Notes under the pieces: generated by a model
The model's database searches: none
Told to the model about the DNA's origin: nothing
Seen by the model: only the letters and a program-made list of their open reading frames with translations
Program-made: the position numbers and the translations under genes
DNA from: an uncultured bacterium
GTDB taxonomy: Bacteria > Verrucomicrobiota > Kiritimatiellia > RFP12 > UBA1067
Assembly (NCBI GenBank): GCA_902780865.1
Contig: CACZHC010000001.1
Location: forward strand, 3,554-67,553
Length of the DNA stretch: 64,000 nucleotides
Direction of reading: 5' to 3'
In this document: positions 29,401-36,453 of the stretch, piece after piece
Layout of the letters: each line of letters opens with the position of its first letter
Position numbering within the stretch: position 1 is the stretch's first letter

Positions 29401-31574
29401 CTGCGGCACAGACCTCCACAACCACGCTGAATGGCCCTGGCTTCACGCTCTCCGCCATCGTCAACTCGCAGCAGATCGCCAACAACGGCCGTTGCCGCGT
29501 GATCGCCTTCGGAAACGAATACAACGACAGGGCCAACTTCGCGGTCGGCTCCGACAAGATCTACTGCATGGGATCCAACTCCCACAACAAGACCAATCCG
29601 AAGGGCGCGACGGGCTGGGTCTACGCCGCGGACGTCTTCAACTCGCCGTATTCGAAGATCTACGCCGACGGCGTCTGCCTTTCCGCCAGCAACGAGGGCA
29701 ACCCCAACCTCGCTAGCCTCACGCTCGACAAGGGCATCGGCCTCGGCTGCTTTACGGGCGGCAAACAGTGCCTCGACGGCTACCTCGACGAGGCGCGCAT
29801 CCGCAACGCGGCTTCGACCGCCGACTGGATCGCGGCCGAATACCACGCGATGGCGGACGCCGGAGCGATATCCTTCTCCTCCGTTTCCTCGTCCGACATA
29901 TCGGCTCCCGTTCTCGGGATACCGTCCGTCGAGAGTAACCCCGACGGCTCGTTCACTGTTTCCGTCGAAGTGTCCGAAAATACGCCGGCTTCGATTGTCT
30001 GCATAGTCGGAGGAACCGACTACGCGATGACAACCGCGGACGCGTCTCTCCCGACGACGTATTCCGCCATGGTTTCCGGCCTTGCGCCCGGCACCTATGT
30101 TGCGTCCGTCCATGCGACGGCAACGAGCGGAACGGTTGTTTCCTCGACCTGCCCGACAGCGTTCCATGTTGGTTCGCTGACAATCGTCAAGCAGTCCGAC
30201 GCCGACGAAGGCACGATTGCGCCCGGAGTCTTCCGCGTTTCGCGCCTTGACGCCGATTCCACGGGCCTGCCCGCCGTGACGTTCGACGTTGCGTTTTCCG
30301 GAAGCGGACTTGCCGCGATCGCCGCCCCCGGCATTTCGACCGCCACGATTCCCGCGGGCGCGGCGTATGTCGAGATCGCTGTGACGCCTGTTCCCACGGA
30401 CGAAGTGGATGAAGACAGCGAACTTGTCCTGACGGTTTCTGGTGCGCAGATCGGGCAGCAGTCGACCGGAACGCTGACCGTTGTGGACGCGGGGTTTGAC
30501 CTCGCGGTTCGCTATGTCTCCACGGATGGCAACGACGCCAACTCCGGCGGCACACCAGAGGCGGCCAAGAAGACGATAGCTGCTGCCGTCGCCGCCGTCA
30601 ATCCGGTTGCGCCGTCACGGCCCTGCACAGTCCATGTCGCGACTGGTCTCTATCCAATCACGAAACCGATCGTCGTAACGAACGCGATCGCCATTCTCGG
30701 TGACAATCCGGATCCGTCGCGCGTCGTCGTGTCGAACACCGTCATTGGAGGTTGGGGTGCGATGAACCGGATTTTCACGATCGACCATGCCGGCGCTTTT
30801 GTGGCGAACCTCACGATGCAGAATGGCAATGTGAACGGTTCTGATCATGGTGGAAACTTCAATGTCGGTTCTGCCGGCGGTATCGTGTCCAATTGCGTCG
30901 TCGAGGCCGGCAAAAGCAATGGAAACCTGTACGGGGCGGGAGCACGGCTTTCAGGTGGCCTCGTCACGCATACAGTCTTCCGCAAGAACAACTGCGGATC
31001 GGGCATGGGTAATTGGCAGGGACAGCATGGTGGCGTTCTGGAGCTTTATGGCTCGTCCCGCGCGGAGAACTGCCTCTTCGTCGACAATCCTCCGTCCGGG
31101 ACGGTCTACCTCTCTCTGATCGGCGATTCTGCCGTCATGCGCAACTGCACGATTGCCGACACGGGTCTTTCGAAGACGAACGAATACTGCAAGGTATTCA
31201 CCGCGATCCGCATCAACTCTTCGAAAGCGACGGTTCTCAACACCGTGATCGCCGGCGTGACGAACAAGATTGACGGCGCGGCTTGTCCGCCGACGGGGTC
31301 GGGCGTTGCGAATTTCCTGAACGGCGCGTTCGACGGCGATGTGACGGGGCTGCCCGAAGGCACCGTTACCGGAACGGCGGCGGAGTTCTTCAAGGACTAT
31401 GAGAACGGCGACTACACGCCGAGCTTCTCCGGCCCACTTGCAAATGTGGGCGATGAGTATGAGGGAATGGCCGCGGTTGATCTTGCCGGAAAGAAGCGCA
31501 AGGCCGGCAATCACATTGACATCGGCTGCTACGAGTGCCAGAAGGAGAAGGGCTTCTTTATACTTCTTCGATAA
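26484..31574 (+). CDS. Giant (1696 aa) secreted multidomain protein: LamG-like domains, two DUF2341-like modules, Fn3-like regions, and a C-terminal right-handed beta-helix ending DIGCYE..KGFFILLR
   Basis: Signal peptide. LamG signatures CIDDLRIHAAALT, LDELRLHAAAESADWV, LDEARIRNAASTADWI. Two DUF2341-like modules (NFPVLVKLAAG..GADIRFASPDGTVLPHEIDTWNTNGESLVWVKIP and LPFLLRISEGG..LEILDADGHLLPFEIDTWNTDGESLVWVLLP). Beta-helix region (..TVHVATGLYPITKPIV..NCTIADTG..) with terminal HIDIGCYEC. Confidence 0.7.
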   Translation: MKNCHRHAARALCSVAGMLFAASAFAADDADVTGLVPTVFMDFEASSLANKGSASASFKDEGTKKYSSGANGGYALDTSSFTPYTSSSGSFSTAGEPITVSAVMTLGTNTNGITLNVRSAAGDLIIRRGADTGSLVIGFGSQGAVSTAVLNATFADGDAAWHLVSVVAGSTGTGLYVDGVLVGSTTDTTLWSPTGVLSDMQFGSHFGGLKTGDVKNGGCIDDLRIHAAALTTVQMTAIAVEYGIVVPEGHIAVRASGEPTVGKNTFSTTWSLDIAPDDRAEAALVYGSDAALSTPTTNALGSALSAGDYTASLAGLSPGTTYWWKIVASNGVNRAETDTASFRTLDEIVPTDYASRIPAAISGYAGTDTLTNFPVLVKLAAGQPAGFDYADCAEDGADIRFASPDGTVLPHEIDTWNTNGESLVWVKIPAIAGTATAFAMYYAAPDPARLPPVDPHDVWTAAGHRAVWHFAADATESAQGLVASTVTGTPSYENDGAVGKCWQSAGAAWLQYANDASWSRLGPDSTLTISVWAKFDSSSYGYNRILSAMSSWENPAGYELTVQNNKNQITVGSSGKSQYQKVVSPGPSDEMVYLTAVYNADTYADLYVNGVLQEHKQLNPLVWPTEAMTVACVAGGGNVWNGKLDELRLHAAAESADWVKACYDTMAAPTSFVALSPAESTDPDLPRFGAVSASDANGVATFTVPLTEPGYGGEVPTAVSVFYGTDGETWTELSLGSTNEAATLTVSASGFAVGVRYLWYAVATATSGGTPKTTVSQPQSFVARAFDPTGDYKSFTATVVWDGAPAENLPFLLRISEGGINGFDYDDVTASGLEILDADGHLLPFEIDTWNTDGESLVWVLLPVYENGATVTVRYGAPFANAPIPATNVWAAYVAVWHMNEILVDADSGNHYTPDSSASGWHAYKSDEADTVLSPVTTAPGASAHPTPLTGTAMNIAYGAGKSSSSLGGFRVPAAQTSTTTLNGPGFTLSAIVNSQQIANNGRCRVIAFGNEYNDRANFAVGSDKIYCMGSNSHNKTNPKGATGWVYAADVFNSPYSKIYADGVCLSASNEGNPNLASLTLDKGIGLGCFTGGKQCLDGYLDEARIRNAASTADWIAAEYHAMADAGAISFSSVSSSDISAPVLGIPSVESNPDGSFTVSVEVSENTPASIVCIVGGTDYAMTTADASLPTTYSAMVSGLAPGTYVASVHATATSGTVVSSTCPTAFHVGSLTIVKQSDADEGTIAPGVFRVSRLDADSTGLPAVTFDVAFSGSGLAAIAAPGISTATIPAGAAYVEIAVTPVPTDEVDEDSELVLTVSGAQIGQQSTGTLTVVDAGFDLAVRYVSTDGNDANSGGTPEAAKKTIAAAVAAVNPVAPSRPCTVHVATGLYPITKPIVVTNAIAILGDNPDPSRVVVSNTVIGGWGAMNRIFTIDHAGAFVANLTMQNGNVNGSDHGGNFNVGSAGGIVSNCVVEAGKSNGNLYGAGARLSGGLVTHTVFRKNNCGSGMGNWQGQHGGVLELYGSSRAENCLFVDNPPSGTVYLSLIGDSAVMRNCTIADTGLSKTNEYCKVFTAIRINSSKATVLNTVIAGVTNKIDGAACPPTGSGVANFLNGAFDGDVTGLPEGTVTGTAAEFFKDYENGDYTPSFSGPLANVGDEYEGMAAVDLAGKKRKAGNHIDIGCYECQKEKGFFILLR

Positions 31575-31588
31575 TTGCCGACACGGCC

Positions 31589-31632
31589 TACACTTTCGTG
31601 TATTGCCGCCTTCGCGACGCTTTTGGTACAAT
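31589..31632 (+). promoter_or_regulatory. Promoter box copy 3: TACAC-TTTC-GTGTA / TTGCCG-N18-TGGTACAAT; ATG at 31643 lies about 10 nt after the -10 (leaderless)
   Basis: Read from sequence. Confidence 0.6.
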
Positions 31633-31642
31633 CGCGTCGCCA

Positions 31643-34183
31643 ATGAAACGAATATTCTTAGTGGTACTTGTCGCTCCGCTCGCGCTCGCCGCGGCGGAGG
31701 TTTCGCGCGACGATGCCGCGATTGCGGCGCGCGCATGGGTTGATCGCGGCTATGCGATGGGCAAGCTCCCTGCCGGGTGCACCGTTGCGGGCGTGGACGA
31801 GGTGACGGATCCGGACACTGGCGCGGAGTTGCGCGTGGTGCGCTTCACTGGCGGCGGCTATGTCGTTCTCTCGGCCAACGATCTTGTCGATCCGGTAATT
31901 GCTTTTTCCGAGACTGGAACTGGCCTCGACCTCGACGATGACAATCCGTTTTGGGCGCTCCTGCGCAGCGACATTGCGGCGCGCGAGGCCCATGCAGGTG
32001 TCGAGCGCGGCAAATCCGCCGCGGCGAAGAAGGGGACTGGCGTGCTTCTCGCCGCGTCCGGTCGGACGACCGCGCAGCGCAAGTGGGACAATCTCCTCTC
32101 GAAGCCTTCGGGAGGCGCCCCCGTGCTCCGCGCCGTAGCGGGTCTCTCCTCGCTCTCGGACATTCGGGTTGACTCGTTCGTGCAGTCGCGCTGGTCGCAG
32201 TCCGGTCACGCCAATACCGATTTAGGCGTTCCGTGTTACAACTACTACGTGACGAACCACTACGTCTGCGGTTGCGTTGCTACCGCACAGGCGCAGCTGA
32301 TGCGCTACTGGTGCTATCCGACAGCGAACGAGCCGGTCGAGCCGTTCTACAATCTCTGCATGGTCGACAACAAGTACATCTTCCCCTACATAATGGGCGG
32401 GGCTTACGACTGGGACAATATGCCACTTGAACCGATGTGGGTCGCGGACATTACGGAGGAACAGTGCCAGGCCATCGGCAAGCTCACCTACGACGTCGGG
32501 GTAACCGTACGCATGGAGTGGAAGTCTGACGGAAGCAGCGCGAGCGTGCCATCCACCGTGGCGTCCCTGACGCACAACTTCCATTACGCGAGCGCGCACG
32601 CCGTTTCCTATTCGTCCGGCTCCTGCAAGTTGGATCTGTTCAAAAAGGCCCTGATTCCCAACCTCGATGCCCGCTGTCCGTGCATCCTGAGCATCCAAGG
32701 TTCCGGCGGCCACGCGATCCTCGCCGACGGCTACGGCTATTCAGATGGCAATTTCTTCATCCATGTCAACATGGGCTGGGCAGGCTCGGGCGACGCTTGG
32801 TACAATCCGCCGAACATCGAGGAATACACGTCGATCAAGGCCTACGTCTACAATGTCTTCCCCAGGAAGACCGGCTCCATCGCGAGCGGCCGCGTGCTCG
32901 ACCAGTCGGGGAATGCCGTCGCGGGCGCGAACGTGGCGCTCTCCGACGGACAGACGACGGTTTCCGACGCGAACGGCATCTATGCGTTCATCGCGCCCGC
33001 CGGGACGTACGATCTTACGGCCGCAAAGGGCGGCTTTACCGCGCTGGGCTCGGTGACGCTCGGCGAAACGGCCGGAATCAACGTCTCGACGAACATCGGC
33101 ACGTATGGGACCTACAATCACGGCACCGGCAAGAACGGCAACGTCTACGACAACGACCTCCAGTTCGCGGACATGCCGTCCACTTCGGCACCCGTCTTCT
33201 CTCCCGGGGCGTGTGCCGTCCACCCTGCCACCAACGTAACAATCACCTGTGCCAATGCGAACGCGACGATTCGCTACACGGTCGACGGCACGGCGCCGGA
33301 CGAGACGAGCCCCCTATACGACGGGCCGATTTATGTGAACGACACCGTCACGATCAAGGCGCGTGCCTTTGCGCCCGGTTGCAACGCTAGTGCCGTTGCC
33401 GTTGCGGACTACGTATACGATCCGGGAGACGGTCCGCAGAAGGGCGACAACTTCGACGATCCGATCGAGATCTATGGCGCGAGCGGAACGCGCGTTGTCG
33501 CGGACAACGAGCTTTACACGATCGAGGAAGGCGAGCCGGTCCATGTCGTCATCGATGGCACGCCCAAGCCCCAGCTCCGCTCGATCTGGTACCGCTGGAC
33601 GGCACCCGCGAGCGGACGCGTGACCTTCCGCACGTACTGCCGGAAAGGCAACGCCGCCTACTATACCAACATTGCCGCCTACCAGGGGGATACGCTCGCC
33701 AGCGCCGAGAAGATCGCCTTCTCGACTGCTAACGACGCCAACTACGCGGCGCTCCTTCCCCTCGACGTCGTCCAGGGGACCACCTACCGGTTCGTCGGAA
33801 TGATCAACTCGACCAATGCCCCCGCGGCCTTCGGGACCTTCACGCTGCGCTGGGACGACGAATTCCCGACCACATTGCCTTTGCCCGTCTTCCGTCCTGC
33901 CGAGCAGGGTGGGGGAATGTTGTTCGCCGGCTCTGGGGCGGGCCGTAGTTTGACATTCTATCTTGAAGACACGCTTCCTACGGCTTATTACGCGGTGTTC
34001 ACCAATGGGACTTTGAGGGGGCCATTTTTCGCGGCTGCCAATGGTGTTACGGGGGCGAATAGTGGCGTTCTTGAGCTTCCCGTCGATGCCAAGGAATCGT
34101 CCAAGTTCTTCGCCATCGGCGTGTCGGACAAGCCCATTTCCGTCGGCGACCCGCTCGTGCCGAGGGCAAATGCTGGCAACTAA
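31643..34183 (+). CDS. Secreted C10-family (streptopain/SpeB-like) cysteine peptidase with a CarbopepD-regulatory-like domain, a chitobiase/hexosaminidase C-terminal-like domain, and a C-terminal ~100-aa domain shared with the 47182 protein
   Basis: Signal peptide MKRIFLVVLVAPLALAAA. WSQSGHANTDLGVPCYNYYVTNHYVCGCVATAQAQLMRYW (catalytic Cys motif GCVATA.AQ.M.Y). GGHAILADGYGY (catalytic His). GRVLDQSGNAVAGANVALSDGQTTVSDANGIYAF. ANATIRYTVDGTAPDETSPLYDGPIYVNDTVTIKARAF. Confidence 0.7.
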   Translation: MKRIFLVVLVAPLALAAAEVSRDDAAIAARAWVDRGYAMGKLPAGCTVAGVDEVTDPDTGAELRVVRFTGGGYVVLSANDLVDPVIAFSETGTGLDLDDDNPFWALLRSDIAAREAHAGVERGKSAAAKKGTGVLLAASGRTTAQRKWDNLLSKPSGGAPVLRAVAGLSSLSDIRVDSFVQSRWSQSGHANTDLGVPCYNYYVTNHYVCGCVATAQAQLMRYWCYPTANEPVEPFYNLCMVDNKYIFPYIMGGAYDWDNMPLEPMWVADITEEQCQAIGKLTYDVGVTVRMEWKSDGSSASVPSTVASLTHNFHYASAHAVSYSSGSCKLDLFKKALIPNLDARCPCILSIQGSGGHAILADGYGYSDGNFFIHVNMGWAGSGDAWYNPPNIEEYTSIKAYVYNVFPRKTGSIASGRVLDQSGNAVAGANVALSDGQTTVSDANGIYAFIAPAGTYDLTAAKGGFTALGSVTLGETAGINVSTNIGTYGTYNHGTGKNGNVYDNDLQFADMPSTSAPVFSPGACAVHPATNVTITCANANATIRYTVDGTAPDETSPLYDGPIYVNDTVTIKARAFAPGCNASAVAVADYVYDPGDGPQKGDNFDDPIEIYGASGTRVVADNELYTIEEGEPVHVVIDGTPKPQLRSIWYRWTAPASGRVTFRTYCRKGNAAYYTNIAAYQGDTLASAEKIAFSTANDANYAALLPLDVVQGTTYRFVGMINSTNAPAAFGTFTLRWDDEFPTTLPLPVFRPAEQGGGMLFAGSGAGRSLTFYLEDTLPTAYYAVFTNGTLRGPFFAAANGVTGANSGVLELPVDAKESSKFFAIGVSDKPISVGDPLVPRANAGN

Positions 34184-34252
34184 TAAAGCAACTTTCGGTA
34201 AAAGCATACATAACATTTCGAGGATTAGCTTCGTTCGAGGGAGAATATTGAG

Positions 34253-36322
34253 ATGATTAAAAATCGCCGCCTTTTGATCCCTGTCCTCTTCGCGGTCGTT
34301 CTGACTGTGGGCGCAGAGGTTCCTGGCAAAGATGGTGTTGCGGTGAATGGAATCTCGCAGTTGTTCCCGGCGGCGGATGTGAAGCTGGAGCCGAACGATG
34401 GTGGAGCCGTGCGTATGGAAGGCGATGTCGCTGTTGTCGACGTCGCGCCCGAACGTAGTTTCAGCGGCGCAAAGTTTGTATTTGGAAAGCCGTTCGCGTT
34501 TATCGATTGCCGAACCGTTTCGGTGGAGATCTCTAACAGGACGGATCGCGCGATGGGCTTCGGCTTTTATGGCATTCACCGAGGCGACTATACGTGGTAT
34601 GCGGCCCAGCGTTTCCGCCTTGAGCCGAACCAGTCAAAGGTCGTTACGGCGCTGAACCGCCCCAAGTCCTACGTTCTTTCGCCGGGGAGCCAAGCCATTC
34701 CCGGGTTGATTGGATATGATGCCAAGAGCTTCCCGAATAGCGTCAACAAGAGCAGCACCATAGATTTCTTTGTCGTATTCTGCGATCGCCAGAACTCGCC
34801 CGCCCAGTTTGACGTGAAGTGCATTCGTGCCGATAGCGGCAAGCAGAGTTTCACGCTTGACGTCAACGACAAGTTCTTCCCGTTCGTGGACGAGTTCGGC
34901 CAATACATGCATGCGGACTGGCCGGGCAAGGTGCACTCGCTCGAGGAGCTTATGGCGTCGGCAAAGGCAGAGGAAGCGGCTTTGCTATCCGAGCCCGAGT
35001 CGCCGATCCCGGGCGTGGACCGCTTCGGCGGCTGGGGAGCGGGTCCGCAGCTTAAGGCGACAGGAATGTTCCGCACGGAGAAGTGGAACGGTCGCTGGTG
35101 GCTCGTCGACCCAGATGGGCACATCTTCTTCTCCTTGGGCTGCAACTACGTCCGTCTCCTCTGCCGGACGCCTGTCGCCCGGCGCGAGCGGTTTTTCTCG
35201 TGGCTGCCTTCTCGGGAGGATCCGCTTTTTGCAGACTGCTGGAAGGACGAAAAGTTCAACTGGCACGTCGATTCGCTCTACAAGGGCGTGGATACCGTCC
35301 CTCAGTTCGACTTCGCGAAGGCGAACCAGAAGCGGCTTTACGGAGAGGATTGGAAGGAGAAGTTCATCGATCGGCAGCACCGGCGCATGCGCTCGTGGGG
35401 CTTCACGTCTATGGGCAACTGGTCCGATCCCGAGATCATGGCCGCGAGCCGCACGCCCTACGTTGACAACTTCAATCTAGACGGCGTGCGCAAGCTCGAG
35501 GGGGACAAGCACGGCATGTGGCGCAAGTTCCCTGACGTGTTCGCGCCTGACTTCGCGTCCAACTTGGTGCAGCGCGCGCTCACGACCCGCACGCCCAAGT
35601 CGCGCACCGACCCGTGGTGCATCGGGTGGTTCGTCGAGAACGAGCTTCACTGGGGGCGGGGCAACAAGACGGACGACATGATTGACGCCGTCGTCGGCTC
35701 GCCAGACGACCAGCCGGCCAAGGTGGAATACCTGCGCCGCCTCAAGGCCGCACACGGCGAAGACGCGACGTTTGAAAGCGCCACGGCGAAAGACAAGGAC
35801 GACTTCGCAGCCGATATTGCCGAACGCTATTTCTCTACGGTCAAGCAGGCCATCGAGCAGGTTGCGCCCGGGCGTCTCTACCTCGGCTGTCGGTTTCACA
35901 ACAGCTATCCAGCCGCGCTTCGTGCCGCGGCGAAGTATTGCGACGTCGTGAGCTTCAACTGCTACAGGGACCTTCCCGAGACGCATCGTCCCCCGGCTGA
36001 CGCCGTCGACAAGCCGACGATTATCGGCGAATTCCACTTTGGCTCGCTGGACCGAGGCTCGCTGCATGCGGGGCTTGTCCCGTGCTGTGACATGAAAGAC
36101 CGCATCGAGCACTACAAGGCGTATGTCCGCGCGGCGCTCAAGGACAGGAACCTCGTCGGCGTGCATTGGTTCTTCTGGAGCGACATGCCACTCACGGGCT
36201 GGATGGATGGAGAGGACTTCATGACCGGTGTCCTAACGGTGACAGACACGCCGTACCCCGAGATGGTCGAGGCAACCCGGGAACTCGCACGTGAACTCTA
36301 CCCCCAGTCCGCAAGGCCATAA
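34253..36322 (+). CDS. Secreted glycoside hydrolase, clan GH-A TIM barrel (acid/base ENE, nucleophile GEFH) with an N-terminal beta-sandwich domain
   Basis: Signal peptide MIKNRRLLIPVLFAVVLTVGA. WNGRWWLVDPDGHIFFSLGCNYV. CIGWFVENELHWG. IIGEFHFGSLDRG. Confidence 0.5.
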   Translation: MIKNRRLLIPVLFAVVLTVGAEVPGKDGVAVNGISQLFPAADVKLEPNDGGAVRMEGDVAVVDVAPERSFSGAKFVFGKPFAFIDCRTVSVEISNRTDRAMGFGFYGIHRGDYTWYAAQRFRLEPNQSKVVTALNRPKSYVLSPGSQAIPGLIGYDAKSFPNSVNKSSTIDFFVVFCDRQNSPAQFDVKCIRADSGKQSFTLDVNDKFFPFVDEFGQYMHADWPGKVHSLEELMASAKAEEAALLSEPESPIPGVDRFGGWGAGPQLKATGMFRTEKWNGRWWLVDPDGHIFFSLGCNYVRLLCRTPVARRERFFSWLPSREDPLFADCWKDEKFNWHVDSLYKGVDTVPQFDFAKANQKRLYGEDWKEKFIDRQHRRMRSWGFTSMGNWSDPEIMAASRTPYVDNFNLDGVRKLEGDKHGMWRKFPDVFAPDFASNLVQRALTTRTPKSRTDPWCIGWFVENELHWGRGNKTDDMIDAVVGSPDDQPAKVEYLRRLKAAHGEDATFESATAKDKDDFAADIAERYFSTVKQAIEQVAPGRLYLGCRFHNSYPAALRAAAKYCDVVSFNCYRDLPETHRPPADAVDKPTIIGEFHFGSLDRGSLHAGLVPCCDMKDRIEHYKAYVRAALKDRNLVGVHWFFWSDMPLTGWMDGEDFMTGVLTVTDTPYPEMVEATRELARELYPQSARP

Positions 36323-36375
36323 GTCGGCACAAGAGGGCATCCGTGAAACTGCAATTCTTTCCCTCTGCCGCTTCC

Positions 36376-36404
36376 TTGATTCCATATTGGTTTTTTGGTA
36401 AAAT
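36376..36404 (+). promoter_or_regulatory. sigma70-like promoter TTGATT-N17-(TG)GTAAAAT upstream of 36454; lacks the inverted-repeat box but retains the TTTTGGTAAAAT element
   Basis: Read from sequence. Confidence 0.4.
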
Positions 36405-36453
36405 GCAAGCACAAAATCTAGAGGATTTGCCTCGTTAGAAGGAGGAGTCTGAT

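Noticed and set aside
31535-31642. Track ORFs 31535.. and 47083.. begin upstream of the genes' signal peptides and read through the promoter box (..TAYTFVYCRLRDAFG.. / ..VDYTFVYCRLRVLLV..)
   Set aside because: The apparent shared N-terminal peptide is just the conserved promoter DNA translated. True starts are the ATGs at 31643 (MKRIFLVV..) and 47182 (MQRIFPMA..), which give canonical signal peptides. Likewise, track ORFs 2000, 11580, 15971, 49560 and 57293 start too far upstream.
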